Source: Octopus sinensis (lineage: Eukaryota). From it: a stretch of DNA of 21,511 nt. Location: NCBI RefSeq assembly GCF_006345805.1, contig NW_021823795.1:1-21511 (forward strand), given 5' to 3'. Of the stretch, positions 18,683-21,511 are shown one piece after another. The notes below the pieces were generated by a model. The model ran no database searches, had not been told where the DNA came from, and saw only the letters and a list, made by a program, of their open reading frames with translations. Made by a program: the position numbers and the translations under genes. Every line of letters starts with the position of its first letter. The stretch's first letter is position 1.

Positions 18683-19265
18683 TGCGCATGTGTTGTTTGT
18701 TGTCAGTGTGCGCATGCGTTGTTATGTTGTGCACAAGGAGATAGCCGGCTAGCCGGCGAAAAAGTTTCCCAGCTGTAACGTAAGGCTTTTGTTTTTTGGG
18801 TCCAGGGGGTGGGGCTTGTTGTTTGTGGTAATATTTTTACTAGCAAGGAGTCCTCACTGGATTCTGGACTCTAGCCTGCCTGCAGTTGGGATAAGACTGT
18901 TCACATTAAATGAATATTTTGACTCATTGTGAGACGTGTTGTTTGGTGAGCGTGTCTCGCCAGCAAAATTTGTGAAAATTTTATAAAATTCGCGGAGGAT
19001 TTTTCTGTGTTCCTGCTTCAGGACTTGGAGTACCTGAATGGAGTACCAAGTTATGGAAAACCTGTCGGCCAGGATTACCAGAGGCCGGAAGAGTATATCA
19101 AGTTATACATAATAACAATTTATATTAGTTGTGTACTTGATTATTACATTTTTTCAATGAAAATGCCAGTATGTCTTGGACGTTTCGGGTTGTTTGCCTT
19201 CGTTAGACTGTGATACAGGTTGCACCGGAGACGATCAAACTGAAACTTCGAAGTCAATGTTAACC

Positions 19266-19285
19266 TTTTCATTATACATGTGTGT

Positions 19286-19326
<41 letters not shown>

Positions 19327-19376
19327 TGTGTGTGTGTGAGAGAGAGAGTATGTGTGTGTGTGTGTGTGCGTGTGTA
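19266..19376. repeat. (GT)n/(GA)n microsatellite
   Basis: Directly visible. Confidence 0.96.
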
Positions 19377-20473
19377 TAATGGTTAGTTTTCAGAACATTC
19401 TGTTGAGTAAAGCTCGAGCACATTGGAAGGCCAAACCATAATTTCGAAAAAATAAAAACAAAAACAAAAGAAAAAGAAAATGAACAAAAATCAGCATAAT
19501 TTTATGTTTAGCTTATCTGGTATATTCGATCTAAAACATCTTTATGAAATGGCTTTGTGTCTCACTGACGGTAAATTCTTATATGCTGCTAAAACTGTTG
19601 CTGTCACACGTTGAATTTTTCCTCTGGTATTTTCCAAGCTTCAAGCGAAGGGATTCACATCTATCTTTATCAACTCTATTTTGTTCATCGAGTTCTCTTT
19701 CTCACTATTCCTTTCTGTATCGTTAAATCTTCTTTTGAAAACGAAATACGAGATGATATATCTGAGGAAAAAACAATGAAAATATTTTTTTTTTATTAAA
19801 CTCATTGTTAGGCTTCCTCCCATATACAAGTTCTAACGAGGTTAGTACTTGTGCTTCTTGAAGCTTATATAGGCGCAACAGATCGTAGTGTAGGTAAATG
19901 ATTCAGTGAGCACTGGAATAGCTATATTGAAAAGAAACCAGCTTCCATTTCTACCAATATAGATTCAAAAGTAATCTCCAAACGAAGAAGAAAATATAAG
20001 CAGAAACACGATAATGATATGTGCAATGTTTAAAACCCAAACAACGGAACTTGAAAGTGGCAAATGATGAGAGGTCGGTAACCAGTCAAAGTCATGAGAT
20101 CTAAATCAGTCAACATAAACGTAGCAGACTCATTAGTTGGTGCATTCAATACGAAGAAAAACAAAGATAACACTTAGATCTTTAAAAACTGATCATTAAC
20201 AAACTTCCAAACTGTTGTAGTGGAAATTTGTCAGGACGCAGTGGTGTGATGAAAATTTCACGAAAAAATTGTTTTTAATCTACTTTCATTGAATTAAATG
20301 AAAGAGATTAAAAGCGAATTTAGTAGCTTCAATAAATTAACATAAATTAGAAGTGAAACTAAATAAACTGAAAATGAATCTAATTAGTTTACGTGTTCGT
20401 TTTAATTGGCTAATTGGCTCTTACAGGAAATAATTGTTTGACTTTCAACTCACGGTCCCAGATCAAGTTATCT

Positions 20474-20596
20474 ACCATACATACATACATACATACATAC
20501 ATACATACGCATATATATACACACACATATAAACATATTTACATAGGTACGTATACACATATGTACATATACATACAAACTTATTTACACATATGG

Positions 20597-20635
<39 letters not shown>

Positions 20636-20710
20636 CACATACATATATGCATACACACACACACACACGCGTATATATGAATATATATACATATACATAT
20701 GCAGTCACAC
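20474..20710. repeat. (CATA)n/(CA)n/(TA)n microsatellite
   Basis: Directly visible. Confidence 0.95.
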
Positions 20711-20914
20711 TCATATATAAAAGAGCGCGCGCGCGCGATTGCTGTGCTAATTTTTCACGAGATCAGTTGTCGTTCTTGCTAATGATGATGATGGTGATGA
20801 GTTATGAAGAATGATTGATAATGATTAGAATTATGAAACGGGATAAATAATCTAAGTCAAACGAAATGATTGATTGAAAAATGAGAAATTTTATTGGCTG
20901 AAAGATAATTAGCC

Positions 20915-20931
20915 ACCTACTACTACTACTA

Positions 20932-20975
<44 letters not shown>

Positions 20976-20976
20976 G

Positions 20977-21034
<58 letters not shown>

Positions 21035-21140
21035 ATTACTACTAATAATGCTACTACTGCTGCTGTTACCACCTCCTCCTCCTCCTACTACTACTATTAC
21101 TACTAATGCTACTACTACTGCTTCTGCTGCTGTTGCTGTT
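20915..21140. repeat. Compound trinucleotide repeat (CTA)n/(CTG)n/(CCT)n
   Basis: Directly visible. Confidence 0.96.
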
Positions 21141-21262
21141 AGTCTTACAGTTAACAATATTTAGAATTGTAACAAAGTGCAAAAAAAATGTACTTAACAT
21201 CCACATTCACACACACACACACTCTCTATCTCTCTCCTCTCTCTGTCACACGCACGAACACT

Positions 21263-21511
21263 ATCCACACCACCACCACCACCACCACCACCACCACCAC
21301 CCCTCCACCACCACCACCACCCACCAACTCCACCACCACCTCCACCACCACCACCACCACCACCACCACCACCACCACCACCACCTCCACCACACCACCA
21401 CCACCACCACCACACCACCACCTCCACCATCCACCTCCACCACCACACCACCACCACCACCCACCACCACCACCACCACCACCTCCACCACCACCACCAC
21501 CCCACCACCAC
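21263..21511. repeat. (CCA)n imperfect trinucleotide repeat, running off the window edge
   Basis: Directly visible. Confidence 0.97.

Noticed and set aside
20714-20736. TATATAAAAG followed by (GC)n as a core promoter
   Set aside because: It lies at a microsatellite edge where TATA strings are ubiquitous, and no downstream gene is evident.
20909-21511. Poly-Ser/Gly/Val/Trp ORFs
   Set aside because: Trinucleotide repeats with no splice or coding context.

Overview
Non-coding, AT-rich eukaryotic DNA, almost certainly intronic or intergenic. The repeat families resemble those of Octopus (inference from recalled repeat sequence, not a search). No intact host gene is supported, and nearly all ORFs in the track are translated microsatellites. 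Roughly a fifth to a quarter of the window is simple repeat (TATC, TATG, CA/TA, AAG, CTA, CCA). The rest is densely layered transposons. There are three tRNA-derived SINE groups, labelled here A, B and C; B has three alternative tails, B1/B2/B3. There are also decayed fragments of Tx1-clade, RTE (Rex3/Expander-like) and CR1-clade LINEs, a Tc1/mariner transposase C-terminus, and a complete non-autonomous Helitron. The strongest lead is a likely LINE-SINE partnership: the B1 SINE tail matches the 3' end of the Tx1 LINE remnant in this window. In addition, B1 copies repeatedly sit at the same two positions inside older B-family SINE heads, and the Tx1 pieces cluster at a (TATC)n array.
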